A stretch of DNA of 64,000 nucleotides from assembly GCA_963770895.1 (NCBI GenBank), contig CAVYRF010000001.1, forward strand, positions 256,001 through 320,000, given 5' to 3'. Positions 31,705-41,410 of the stretch are shown piece by piece. The notes below the pieces were generated by a model. The model saw only the letters and a list, made by a program, of their open reading frames with translations, did no database searches and was not told the origin of the DNA. This DNA is from an uncultured Acidobacteriota bacterium. Its GTDB lineage: Bacteria; Acidobacteriota; Thermoanaerobaculia; Multivoradales; UBA5704. The position numbers were made by a program, and so were the translations under genes. Each line of letters starts with the position of its first letter. The stretch's first letter is position 1.

Positions 31705-34491
31705 ATGGAACCGTCGTATCACCGCCGGCGCCGGGATCCAGGCGGCGGCGGAGCAGCCGTGCCGGGAGCCGCGGCCGCCAGAGACCGCGCCGTGCGGCGT
31801 GGGCTGGCGGGTGCGGTGGTGGCGTTGGCGATGGCGGCGGCGGTTGCGGCGATGGCGGTCGCGGGGGCGGGAGCGGCCGGCCCGCTGTGGGGGCTGGTGC
31901 CGGCCGCCGCGGCGGGAACGGCGGACGCGGCGGGTGCGGTGGGTGCGGCGGGCGCCAACCTGGACCCGGTGTATGCGGCGCTGCGCGGGGCGCGGCTGGA
32001 CGGACGGGTGGCGGTCGTGCACGGGTTGCGGCTGGAGCGCGATGCGTTCCAGCTGGAGCTGGCGTCCGGGGCGCTCTACCTGGTGGCGCCGGTGGGCGGC
32101 CGCACCGTGGGGGCGGTCTTTGTCGGCCAGGGCACACTGCGGTTGCGGCCGGACACGGCGGTCGAGCGGCGGCAGCTGGGGCTCTACCTTGGCGAGGGCA
32201 AGGACTTTGACGCGCTCGCCGATTCCTTCGACGAGATGCTGCTGCTGTTCACCGACGGCACCGCGGCGCAGATCGGCCAGGCGGCTGCGATCGAGCAGCG
32301 CGCGGTCGAGCCGCGCGTCCAGCAGGTCTACGAACGGTGGCTGGCGCGCCAGCGCCAGGATTTCCATCTGAATCTCCAGCTGCGCCTGGCGCGCGACCTG
32401 CTCAACCACCCCGGCCAGGACGGCGGCGCGTTCCTGGCGCTGCTTGCCGGCAGGCGGCTGCCGCCGGCGCTGCTGGCCGCCGATCGCGACGGCGTCGGGT
32501 CGCTGGTGACCGGCTTCCGCCTCGGCCGGGCGCCGGCCATGCTCTATGTGCCCGATCCACGGCGCGGTGGCTTCTGGTACCTGAGCGACCGGCCCGGTGG
32601 CGGTGACCAGGCTTCAGGCCCGGCGGTGCCGCTGGCGGAGGCTCTGGGCTATCGCGTCGACACGACGGTGCGTCGCGATACGGACCTGGCCGGCGTCACC
32701 ACCATCCGGCTGCGCGTGGCGGCGCCCGGCCTGCGCCTGCTGCCGATCCACCTGGCGCCGCGGCTGCGGCTGGCTGAAGTGTCGTATCGGGAGCTGGCCC
32801 CTGGCGCGGCAAATGGTGCCGGCCCGGCGGCTGCCGCCGGCGCACAGGACGGCACCGGCCCGGCGGCCGACCCCGGCGCGCCGGACGGCGGCGACGCGGC
32901 GGCGGTGGTCCAGGCTCCCGCTGCCGCCAGCCGGGCGGCCGGTTGGGTACAGGAAGACGCCGCCCTGGACGGCGGCGACGCGGCGATTGTCTTCCCCGAC
33001 CGGCTGGAGGCGGGAACGACGCTGGCGTTGCGTCTGGCCTATCAAGGCGACGCCGTGCTGCGCGACGCCGGCGACAAGAACTATTACGTGGATGCACGCG
33101 CCAGCTGGTATCCCAACCTGGGGACCTTCGCGCAGCCGGCGCCTTTCCAGCTGAGCTACCGGGTGCCGGCCGGCAACCAGGTGATTTCGGTCGGCCGCCT
33201 GCTCAGCGCCGGCGACCAGGGCGGCCAGGCGGTTTCGCAGTGGCAGACCGACGGCGGCATCCGCGTCGCCGGCTTCAACTACGGTCGCTTCAAGAAACTG
33301 GAACAGAGCGATGAGGCAAGCGGCGTGCAGCTGCAGGTCTTCACCAATCCCGGCACGCCGGACGCCGTGCGCACCATCAACTCCGCCATGCGGGGCGAGC
33401 CGCGTGCCATCGGCCTGCTGCCCCCCGGAACGCTCTACAACACCGCGCCGCAGGCCAGCCTGGGCGTCGTCAACACCGCGCGCCTGGCGGAGCAGGCGAT
33501 GGCCGACGGCATCAACGCCGCCCGCATCTTCACCACCTACTTCGGGCCGCTGGCCGCGCCGCACGTCGCGATCACCCAGCAGTCGCAATTCACCTTCGGC
33601 CAATCCTGGCCGTCGCTGATCTTCATGCCCTATCTCGCCTTCCTGGACGGCACGCAGCGCCAGCGGCTGGGCCTGGCCGGCGCCAACGACTTTGTGGAGC
33701 AGGTCGGTTTTCACGAGCTGGCACACCAGTGGTGGGGCCACCTGGTGGGCGCCAGCACCTACCGCGACGTCTGGTTGGAAGAGGGCTTCGCCGAGTTTTC
33801 CGCCGCGCTCGCCGTGCAGCACACCCTGGGCTGGAACGCCTACGTCCGCTTCTGGAGCGAAGCGCGCCAGCGCCTGTTCACCCTGCCGCGCCACGGTGCC
33901 CTCGCCGGCGCCGACGCCGGCCCCATCCGCCAGGGCTTCCGCCTGGCCACCGAGCGCAGCCCCGGCGCCTACCAGGCCGTCGTCTACGGCAAGGGCGGCT
34001 ACGTCCTGCACATGCTGCGCATGCTCCTGTGGGACAGCGCCGCCAAGGAGCCCGACCACCGCTTTGTCGACCTGATGCACGACTACACCGCCACCTTCGC
34101 CGGCAAACAGGCCACGACCGCCGACTTCCAGCACGTCGTCGAGCGCCACATGACGCCGGCGATGGACGCCGCCGGCGACGGCACCATGACCTGGTTCTTC
34201 CGCCAATGGGTCGAAGGCACCGAAACTCCGCGCTACGTCGCCGACCTGCGCCTGCAACCGGCCGGCGACCAGCTCCGCATCGCCGGCACCATCGCCCAAC
34301 AGGGCGTCGGCGCCGACTTTCACGCCACCCTGCCCATCTACCTGGAATTCCCCAACCGCCAATACGTGCGCGTCGGCACCGTGCCCGTCACCGGCAGCGC
34401 CGTCGTCCCCGTCGACCTGCAGCTGAAAGTCCCCAAGCGTCCGCTCGCCGCCGCCATCAACGCGCGCGGCGAAGTCCTGGCGCGCGACTGA
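31705..34491 (+). CDS. Secreted M1-family zinc aminopeptidase-like protein
   Basis: HELAHQWWG...WLEEGFAEF (HExxH-x18-E), YGKGGYVLHMLR, FFRQWV; GQSWP replaces GAMEN; start uncertain. Confidence 0.88.
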   Translation: MEPSYHRRRRDPGGGGAAVPGAAAARDRAVRRGLAGAVVALAMAAAVAAMAVAGAGAAGPLWGLVPAAAAGTADAAGAVGAAGANLDPVYAALRGARLDGRVAVVHGLRLERDAFQLELASGALYLVAPVGGRTVGAVFVGQGTLRLRPDTAVERRQLGLYLGEGKDFDALADSFDEMLLLFTDGTAAQIGQAAAIEQRAVEPRVQQVYERWLARQRQDFHLNLQLRLARDLLNHPGQDGGAFLALLAGRRLPPALLAADRDGVGSLVTGFRLGRAPAMLYVPDPRRGGFWYLSDRPGGGDQASGPAVPLAEALGYRVDTTVRRDTDLAGVTTIRLRVAAPGLRLLPIHLAPRLRLAEVSYRELAPGAANGAGPAAAAGAQDGTGPAADPGAPDGGDAAAVVQAPAAASRAAGWVQEDAALDGGDAAIVFPDRLEAGTTLALRLAYQGDAVLRDAGDKNYYVDARASWYPNLGTFAQPAPFQLSYRVPAGNQVISVGRLLSAGDQGGQAVSQWQTDGGIRVAGFNYGRFKKLEQSDEASGVQLQVFTNPGTPDAVRTINSAMRGEPRAIGLLPPGTLYNTAPQASLGVVNTARLAEQAMADGINAARIFTTYFGPLAAPHVAITQQSQFTFGQSWPSLIFMPYLAFLDGTQRQRLGLAGANDFVEQVGFHELAHQWWGHLVGASTYRDVWLEEGFAEFSAALAVQHTLGWNAYVRFWSEARQRLFTLPRHGALAGADAGPIRQGFRLATERSPGAYQAVVYGKGGYVLHMLRMLLWDSAAKEPDHRFVDLMHDYTATFAGKQATTADFQHVVERHMTPAMDAAGDGTMTWFFRQWVEGTETPRYVADLRLQPAGDQLRIAGTIAQQGVGADFHATLPIYLEFPNRQYVRVGTVPVTGSAVVPVDLQLKVPKRPLAAAINARGEVLARD

Positions 34492-34521
34492 GCGGCCCCC
34501 AGGCCCACACGCACGTCGGCG

Positions 34522-34537
34522 CGGCACGCATTTTGCG
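34522..34537 (+). promoter_or_regulatory. Sigma54 (-24/-12) promoter upstream of ku
   Basis: CGGCACGCATTTTGCG versus consensus TGGCACGnnnnTTGCw. Confidence 0.6.
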
Positions 34538-34569
34538 ATTGGCCAACCCAGTGCGATTGACCAACCCAG
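34534..34569. repeat. 18-bp tandem direct repeat (1 mismatch) in the ku leader
   Basis: TGCGATTGGCCAACCCAG / TGCGATTGACCAACCCAG. Confidence 0.85.
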
Positions 34570-34582
34570 AAGGAGGCGCGTC

Positions 34583-35596
34583 ATGGCCCATGCGATCTGG
34601 AAAGGCAACCTCAGCTTCGGCCTGGTCAACATCCCGGTGAGCCTGGTCGCGGCGGAAAAGACCGACGAGCTGCACTTTCATCTGCTCGACCGGCGCGACA
34701 AGTCCGCCATCAAATACCAGAGGGTCAACGCCCAGACCGGACGCGAGGTCCCCTGGGACGACATCGTGCGCGGCTATGAATTCGAGCCCGATCGCTACGT
34801 GATCTTTTCCGACGACGATTTCAAGCGCGCCAATCCCGTCAGCACCCAGACCGTCGAGATCCTGGAGTTTGTCGACCTGTCCCAGATCTCCACCCTCTAC
34901 TTCGACAAACCTTACTATCTTGCTCCCGACGGCAAGGCCACCAAGTCCTACGCCCTGCTGCGCGAAACCCTCTCCCGCAGCGGCAAGGCCGGCATCGCCA
35001 AGGTCGTCATCCACACCCGCCAGCACCTGGCCGCCGTCATCGCCACCGAAAACCTCATCGTCCTCAACCTGATGCGCTTCGCCGACGAGCTCCGCGACCC
35101 CGCCGACCTGGACCTGCCCGCCGCCGCCGCGCGCCTCACCGACAAGGAGCTCAAAATGGCCCGGCAGCTGGTCGACTCCATGATCGAAACCTGGGACCCC
35201 AGCCGCTACCGCGACGACTACCGCACCGACGTCAAAGCCCTCATCGACCGCCGCGTCGCCGCCGGAGACCTGGAAGCCGGCAAGAAGCTCCCCGCCCCCC
35301 GCCGCCCCGCCGCCGGCAAGGTCGTCGACCTCATGGCCCTGCTGCAAAAGAGCCTGCAGGAAGGCGGCAAACGCCGCTCCGCCACCACCCGCTCCAGCAG
35401 CGCCCATGCCGCCGCCAACCGCTCCAACCGCCCCGCCGCCAGCCGCGCCGCCGGCGCCAAAGCTCCTGCCAAGTCCGCCGCTGCCGCCGCCAAACCCGCC
35501 GCCGGCAAGGCCGCTGCCACCGGCGCCAAAGCTGCCGCCCGCCGCCGCCCCGCGGCGTCCCACGCCGCCACCCGCTCCCGCCGCCGCACCGCCTGA
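34583..35596 (+). CDS. ku: NHEJ protein Ku with basic Ala/Lys/Arg tail
   Basis: AIWKGNLSFGLVNIPV, DIVRGYE, YFDKPYYL, YALLRETL, VVDLMALLQKSL. Confidence 0.96.
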   Translation: MAHAIWKGNLSFGLVNIPVSLVAAEKTDELHFHLLDRRDKSAIKYQRVNAQTGREVPWDDIVRGYEFEPDRYVIFSDDDFKRANPVSTQTVEILEFVDLSQISTLYFDKPYYLAPDGKATKSYALLRETLSRSGKAGIAKVVIHTRQHLAAVIATENLIVLNLMRFADELRDPADLDLPAAAARLTDKELKMARQLVDSMIETWDPSRYRDDYRTDVKALIDRRVAAGDLEAGKKLPAPRRPAAGKVVDLMALLQKSLQEGGKRRSATTRSSSAHAAANRSNRPAASRAAGAKAPAKSAAAAAKPAAGKAAATGAKAAARRRPAASHAATRSRRRTA

Positions 35597-35810
35597 GCCC
35601 GGTCGCCGCACCGCCGAGCCCGGTAGCCGCACTGCCTTCGCCCGGTCGCCGCACCGCCTCAGCCCCTCGTCGCGGGGCGACGCCGGTCGTGACGCGACAA
35701 GTGCGCGCTGGAGTATGCTGCGCTCATACCGCCCCGCCGTACCCCCCACGCGCCTAGCCCTCCCGAGCAGGGCGGCGCGGAGGCGGGCCAACCCGTCCAA
35801 GGAGGACTCG

Positions 35811-36386
35811 ATGAGATCGAAGTCGCTGCTGCTCCTGGTCCTGACAGGCTGCGTCCTGACGCTGGTGCTGAGCGATCATTCGCTCGCCCAGCAGTCCAAG
35901 GAAACCGCCGCCGACGATGAAGCCGCCCGCATCCACATCGGCCTGACCATCGCCCCGGTGCCGCTCGCCTTGCGCCACAAAGACCCCAACCTGGTCGGCC
36001 TGGGCAGCTATCTGGTCAACACCCAAGCCGGCTGCAACGACTGCCACACCAACCCCTCCTACCTGCCGTCCGGAAATCCCTTCATGGGCGAGCCCGCCAA
36101 GATCAATGTCGCCGGCTACCTGGCGGGAGGCCAGGTCTTCGGCCCCTTCACCTCCCGCAACATCACCCCCGACGCCTCGGGCAATCCCGCCGGTCTGACC
36201 TTCGCCGGCTTCACCGCCGTCATGCGCACCGGCGTCGACCCCGACCACCTCCACCCCGCCCTGGGCCCGCTCCTCCAGGTCATGCCCTGGCCCACCTACT
36301 CCCGCATGACCGACCACGACCTGGCCGCCATCTACGAATATCTGCGCGCCATCCCCTCGCTCCCCGACGCCCCCGGCGCCAGCTAA
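35811..36386 (+). CDS. Periplasmic monoheme cytochrome c
   Basis: AAGGAGG RBS, signal peptide, GSYLV...CNDCHT, SRNITPD, VMPW, AIYEYL. Confidence 0.9.
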   Translation: MRSKSLLLLVLTGCVLTLVLSDHSLAQQSKETAADDEAARIHIGLTIAPVPLALRHKDPNLVGLGSYLVNTQAGCNDCHTNPSYLPSGNPFMGEPAKINVAGYLAGGQVFGPFTSRNITPDASGNPAGLTFAGFTAVMRTGVDPDHLHPALGPLLQVMPWPTYSRMTDHDLAAIYEYLRAIPSLPDAPGAS

Positions 36387-36620
36387 CCCGCGGAGCGCGC
36401 ACCCCGCCGGCGGTCCGGAGCCACCGCGCCCCGGCCGCCGGCCCGCAGGTCAGGACCGATCAACAGAGGCAATTCCCATCGATAATTTTGAAGTACTGCG
36501 GATTCGTGCCCCAGCACGTCAGCTCGCCATTCGCCATTCCCGATCCGTCCGGTCGCTCCACAGCCCGGCTGCAGCCATCCTGTGTGCCTGATATCCAGAC
36601 GGATCGCCCGCGGCCGGCTG

Positions 36621-36944
36621 CTACTCCTTGGCGTGATCCAGTTCGTGGAACTGGGTAATCTCGATGGTCCCGTCGGGAAAACGCGCGATGATTTCGAGTT
36701 CGCCGCCCATGGCTTCGACAAAGCGGCGCAATGTGCTGACGTACATATCGGTGCGATGTTCGATTTTCGAGATCTCCGGCTGGGTGGCGCCGAGCTCCCG
36801 GGCAAGCTGCTCTTGCGAGAGCTGGCGCGCGCGGCGCAGTTCTTGAAGCGGCATGGCGGCAAGAAGCTCCTGCTTTCGCTGCTCCACCGCGGCGCGCCAA
36901 GTGGCCGGCTTGTGGGTTATCAGATCGCGAAACTTCTTGTGACG
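36621..36944 (-). pseudogene. XRE/HTH antitoxin-like gene, apparently 5'-truncated; no cognate toxin
   Basis: KKFRDL...LQELRRARQLSQEQLA..TQPEISKIEHRTDMYVSTLRRFVEAMGGELEIIARFP; no start codon between the upstream in-frame TAG and KKFRDL (a GTG at 36887 would give an 88-aa product). Confidence 0.65.
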
Positions 36945-37112
36945 AAGGGCTGAGGGGGCGGGGGCACGGCTCTATGGATCTGGCCGGCATGCGGTGCCGG
37001 CGGCGCCGTCCGATGGAAGCGGGACGCGCTGCGAGCCCTCGGTAGAGCGCTCCTCCGAATCCGACGATCTCGTTGCCGTCCCCGATGCTAGGATCTAACT
37101 GGAGGCCGAAAA

Positions 37113-37337
37113 ATGTCCGCAAGAACCTACACCGCCATCCTGGAGAGAGAAGGCGATCTCTATGTTGCCCTCTGTCCTGAGCTGGACGTGGCGAGTCAGG
37201 GACCCTCTGTCGAAGAGGCCACCGCGAACCTCAAGGAAGCTGTCGAGCTATTCCTGGAGTGCGCCGACCCCCGCGAGATCGCCGAGCGCGAGCACGGCAC
37301 CGTTTTCGTGACCCACTTCGAAGCCGTGCATGGGTAG
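37113..37337 (+). CDS. hicB: HicB-family antitoxin (short, no DNA-binding domain)
   Basis: YTAILEREGDLYVALCPELDVASQG.SVEEA..NLKEAVELFLE. Confidence 0.9.
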   Translation: MSARTYTAILEREGDLYVALCPELDVASQGPSVEEATANLKEAVELFLECADPREIAEREHGTVFVTHFEAVHG

Positions 37338-37551
37338 ACTCCGAGTTCTGTCTGGCCGCCAGATCTGCCAGATCCTCGCAAAAAAAGGCTTCGCAGAGGT
37401 CCGCCGGCGCGGCAGCCACATCGTCATGCAGCTCCGCACGGCGGAAACGACGGTCACTGTTCCGGTGCCCGATCATCATCAGGTGGCGATCGGAACGCTT
37501 CTGGCGATCATCCGCCAGAGCGGCATCGCACGCTCGGCATTCGAAACCTGA
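37330..37551 (+). CDS. hicA: HicA-family mRNA interferase toxin
   Basis: GF..VRRRGSHIVM, VPVPDH, GTLLAIIRQSG. Confidence 0.92.
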   Translation: MGRLRVLSGRQICQILAKKGFAEVRRRGSHIVMQLRTAETTVTVPVPDHHQVAIGTLLAIIRQSGIARSAFET

Positions 37552-37657
37552 CCGAGAGGAGGCGCCGGCGCGGCAGGCTTTAGGCGCACGAACTCTGTTG
37601 TGCGTGCCGCAGCAAGGGTGCCGCCGCCGACCCCGCGGCGGCCGCTGCGTACACCGC

Positions 37658-38722
37658 TCAGCCGGTGATCTGCGGGTGGCGGGGGGAGAGGCGCTGGGGG
37701 TCGCCGCCGGCGAGCTGGCGCAGGGCGGCTTCGGTGTAGCGGGCGGCCATGACGCCTCGCCATTGGGCTTGGTAGTCGGTGTTGTCCATGGGGGTGACGG
37801 TCTTGCGCACCAGGCGGCCGGCGGCGGCGAGCAGGTCCGCGTCGCCGGCGACGGCGGTGAGGGGCTGGCCGACCAGCAGGGCGGCGGCGGCGTCGGCGGC
37901 GGTGGGGGCGCTGGCGACGGCGCCCAGGTAGATTTTGGCGCGGGTGACGGTGCCGGCGGTGTCGGTCCAGACGGCGGCGGCCACGGAGAGGACGGCGAAG
38001 TCGATCGAGCCGCGGCGGCGTAGCTTCCAGAAGGCGGAACGGCACTCCTGGTTGCCGGCGGCGGCGGGCAGGGCGATCTGGGTCAGGATCTCGCCGGGCT
38101 GCTTCGCCAGGTATTGAATCCCGTCGTCGCGGTAGAGGTCGGCGATGGGCAGCTCGCGCTCTCCGACCTGGGAAGTCAGGCGGACGGTGGCGCCCAGGGC
38201 GCAGAGCATGGGGGCGGAGTCGGAGGCGGTGTGGGCCCAGCAGCGCGGCGAGCTGGTGGCGACCCAGCAGATGTGCCCGTCTTCTTTCATGCAGTAGTCG
38301 ATCGAACGGCGCCACTCTTCGGTCTGGTTGTAGTAGGTGCAGCGGGTGTCGACGCAGACGTTGCCGCCCAGGGTGCCCATGTTGCGCAGCGGCGGCGAGG
38401 AGATCGAGGCGACCGCGGTGGCGAGCGCCGGGTAGCGGGCGACGATGTGCGGGTGGCGGGCGACGTCGTCCAGGAGGGTGGTGGCGCCGATGCGCAGGCC
38501 GTCGCCGTCGCCGTTGTGGACGCCGGCCAGGCCGGGGATGCCCATCAGGGTGATGACCTTGGCGGCCTTCTGGTGGCGGCGCTTCATGTTCGGCCACAGG
38601 TCGGTGCCGCCGGCCACGACGCGCACCGGCGCGCCCTCGGCGGCGCCCTCTTCGACCAGCAGGCGCGCCGCGTCCTCAAGGGTTGTGGGACGCAGCAGCT
38701 GAAACGGCGGCAGGCGCAGCAT
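37658..38722 (-). CDS. hcrB: 4-hydroxybenzoyl-CoA reductase beta-like FAD subunit with [4Fe-4S] insert
   Basis: AGGTDL, RNMGTLGGN, DTRC..YNQ.EEWR....YCMK.DGHIC......RC, KLRRRGSIDF. Confidence 0.82.
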   Translation of the reverse strand: MLRLPPFQLLRPTTLEDAARLLVEEGAAEGAPVRVVAGGTDLWPNMKRRHQKAAKVITLMGIPGLAGVHNGDGDGLRIGATTLLDDVARHPHIVARYPALATAVASISSPPLRNMGTLGGNVCVDTRCTYYNQTEEWRRSIDYCMKEDGHICWVATSSPRCWAHTASDSAPMLCALGATVRLTSQVGERELPIADLYRDDGIQYLAKQPGEILTQIALPAAAGNQECRSAFWKLRRRGSIDFAVLSVAAAVWTDTAGTVTRAKIYLGAVASAPTAADAAAALLVGQPLTAVAGDADLLAAAGRLVRKTVTPMDNTDYQAQWRGVMAARYTEAALRQLAGGDPQRLSPRHPQITG

Positions 38723-38723
38723 G

Positions 38724-41408
38724 TCAGTCTTGGCGATCCCGCGGGCCGCCGCCGGTGCCCGGATCGCGCGGGCCGCCACCAGTGCCGGCCGCCCGCGGGC
38801 CGCCGGCCTTGGGGCCGCCGCCAGCGCTGGCTCCGCCGCGGGTGCCCTTGCGGATGTCGGTGGTCATGGCGGCCAGGCGCTTTTGCCGCAGCATCTCTTC
38901 GCGCGTCGACATGGTGCCGCTGGCGCCGCGCATGCCGGAGCGCGGGCGGTCGGCGAACTCGTTGATGGCGGTGCCGTCGCCTCCCTGCTCGGGGGTGGGG
39001 ACGATGAGGCGCTCGCCGTAGTCGATCGCCGGGAAGGTGGCCGGGCCGAAGCGAGCTTCCTTGCCCTTGGCCTGGTTGTCCAGCGCCTTGAGGACCATGT
39101 AGGGCTGGATGGGCACCTGGTCGATGCGCACGCCCAGGGCGTCGTACAGGGCGTTGGCGACCGCCGGCATGATCGGCAGCAGCGGCCCCTGGCCGACTTC
39201 CTTGGCGCCGAAGGGGCCGCGCGGCTCGGGGTCTTCGATCAGGTAGGTGGTGACCGGCGGCATGTCGGGCAGGGTGAGGCTCTTGTACTCCAAAAGCGAC
39301 GGGTGGCGGTGCACCAGGGCGGACGACAGGTGGCGCGGCAGGCGGCGGAAGACCTGCTCTTCCATCATCACTTCGCCCAGGCCCATGTAGACGCTGCCTT
39401 CGACCTGGCCCATGACCAGCGCCGGGTTGAGGGCGCGGCCGATGTCGTGGGCGATCCAGACGTGGACGGGCCGCCAGATGCCGGTTTGTTCGTCGGCTTC
39501 GACTTCGACCACCGCGGCGCTGTAGGAGTAGGCGGGGGAGGGGCCGACGCCGGCGCCGCGGTAGCGGCCGGGCGAGCGCGGCGGCGTGTAGCTGCCGACG
39601 GTGCCCAGGGCGCCGTGGCGCGCTTCGGCGCAGATGACCGCTTCGGCGAAGGAGAGGCCGGTCGCGGGGTTGGCGGCGTCGAAGACGCGGCCGCCGGCGA
39701 AGACCAGCTGGTCGCCCGGCACCTCGAGCTGCGCCGCGACCGCCGACGCGATCAGGTCGCGGGCGCGTTCCGCCGCTTGCAGCGCGGCGTTGCCGACCAT
39801 GAGGGTGACGCGCGAGGAGTAGCTGCCCAGGTCGACCGGCGTCAGGTCGGTGTCGGCGACGCACAGCCGGATGTCGGCCAGGGCGATGCCCAGCACTTCG
39901 GCGACCACGGCGGCGAGCACCGAGTCGGACCCCTGGCCGATTTCGGTTTCGCCGCAGAAGACGGCGACGCAGCCGGAGCGGTCGAGCTTGAGCTGCACCG
40001 CCGATTGCGGCATGTGGTTCCAGTAGATGGGCAGCCCGGCGCCGCACAGGTAGGAGCCGCAGGCCAGGCCCAGGCCGCGCCCGCGCGGCAGCCGCCCGCG
40101 GCGCTCGCGGAAGCCGCTGCCGGCGACCACGGCTTCGATGCAGCTCTTGAGGCCGATGGTGCCGATGCGCAGCCAGTTGGCGGTGATCGAGTCGGGCGGC
40201 GCCAGCATGCGCAGGCGCAGGTCGGCGGGGTCGATGCCTAGACTCACCGCGATCTTGTCGAGCTGGACTTCGAAGCCGAAGCGCGGCTGCGGCGTGCCGT
40301 GGCCGCGCTTGGGGCCGCACGGCGGCTTGTTGGTGAACATGCGCGCGCCTTCGAAGCGGTAGGCGGGCAGCTTGTAGGTCACCGTCTGCAGGGCGCCGGT
40401 GTAGTACGTCGAGGCGACGCCGTAGCTGCCGTAGGCGCCGCCGTCGAGCGCCGTCTGCAGGTGTTGCGCGGTGATGGTGCCGTCGCTGCGCACGCCGGTG
40501 CGCAGGCGCATCAGCACCGGGTGGCGGCCGCGATGGCAGTAGAAGACCTCTTCGCGGGTGAGCGACACCTTGACCGGGCGGCCCAGCTTGAGCGCCATCT
40601 TGGCGGCGACGATCTCATGGTTGAACGGGTCGCTCTTGCCGCCGAAGCCGCCGCCGTTCGAGCAGGCGATGACCCGGATGCGCGCCGGCGGCAGCTCCAG
40701 GACGCGCGCCAGGGCGCGGTGGGCGTAGTGCGGCGTCTGCGTCGAGGAGTAGACGGTGACCCGCTCGTCGTCTTCGGGGACCGCGACGGTGGCGTGCTGC
40801 TCCATGGCCAGGTGGGTGTTGCCTTCGTAGAAGAAGACGTCTTCGAACACCTGGTCGGCCGCCGCGAACCCCTGGTCGACGGCGCCGAACTCCATCGCCA
40901 CCCGCTTGTGCACGTTGCCGACGTCGCCGTAGTCGTGCAGCCTGGGTTCAGGGGTGGCGAGCGCCTCTTCGATGCCGGAGATGGTCGCCAGCTGCTCGTA
41001 GTGGACGCGCACCCGGTAGGCGGCTTCGTAGGCGGCGTCTTCGGTGACCGCCGCCACCGCCGCCACCGGGTCGCCGACGAAGCGCACGCGGTCGGGGCAC
41101 AGCGCATGCTCGTCCTGCGAGACGGGCAGGATGCCGAACGGGATCGGCATGTCCTGCCCGGTCAGGAAGCCGAGCACGCCGTCGACCTTGGCGGCTTCGG
41201 TCAGATCGATGCTGACGATGCGGGCGTGCGGCACCGTCGAGCGCACCAGCCGCAGGTAGACCATGCGCGGAAAGCTGAGGTCGTCGGCGAAGCGGGTGCT
41301 GCCGGTCACCTTGGCGCGGCCGTCGACGCGGCGGAAGGGCTTGCCGATGATGTTCGGTTCGCGCTCGCGGACCGGCTCGGGCGCCGGCTTGGGGATGGGT
41401 TCGGCCAT
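38724..41408 (-). CDS. hcrA: Xanthine oxidase family molybdopterin subunit, 4-HBCR alpha-like
   Basis: DGRAKVTG, GGGFGGK, HRGRHP, KRGHG, EIGQG, DLGSYSSR, GQVEG, GPFGAKEVGQG. Confidence 0.8.
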   Translation of the reverse strand: MAEPIPKPAPEPVREREPNIIGKPFRRVDGRAKVTGSTRFADDLSFPRMVYLRLVRSTVPHARIVSIDLTEAAKVDGVLGFLTGQDMPIPFGILPVSQDEHALCPDRVRFVGDPVAAVAAVTEDAAYEAAYRVRVHYEQLATISGIEEALATPEPRLHDYGDVGNVHKRVAMEFGAVDQGFAAADQVFEDVFFYEGNTHLAMEQHATVAVPEDDERVTVYSSTQTPHYAHRALARVLELPPARIRVIACSNGGGFGGKSDPFNHEIVAAKMALKLGRPVKVSLTREEVFYCHRGRHPVLMRLRTGVRSDGTITAQHLQTALDGGAYGSYGVASTYYTGALQTVTYKLPAYRFEGARMFTNKPPCGPKRGHGTPQPRFGFEVQLDKIAVSLGIDPADLRLRMLAPPDSITANWLRIGTIGLKSCIEAVVAGSGFRERRGRLPRGRGLGLACGSYLCGAGLPIYWNHMPQSAVQLKLDRSGCVAVFCGETEIGQGSDSVLAAVVAEVLGIALADIRLCVADTDLTPVDLGSYSSRVTLMVGNAALQAAERARDLIASAVAAQLEVPGDQLVFAGGRVFDAANPATGLSFAEAVICAEARHGALGTVGSYTPPRSPGRYRGAGVGPSPAYSYSAAVVEVEADEQTGIWRPVHVWIAHDIGRALNPALVMGQVEGSVYMGLGEVMMEEQVFRRLPRHLSSALVHRHPSLLEYKSLTLPDMPPVTTYLIEDPEPRGPFGAKEVGQGPLLPIMPAVANALYDALGVRIDQVPIQPYMVLKALDNQAKGKEARFGPATFPAIDYGERLIVPTPEQGGDGTAINEFADRPRSGMRGASGTMSTREEMLRQKRLAAMTTDIRKGTRGGASAGGGPKAGGPRAAGTGGGPRDPGTGGGPRDRQD

Positions 41409-41410
41409 GG

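Noticed and set aside
36440-37560. Prophage or integrative element
   Set aside because: No integrase, tRNA, att repeats or phage genes seen
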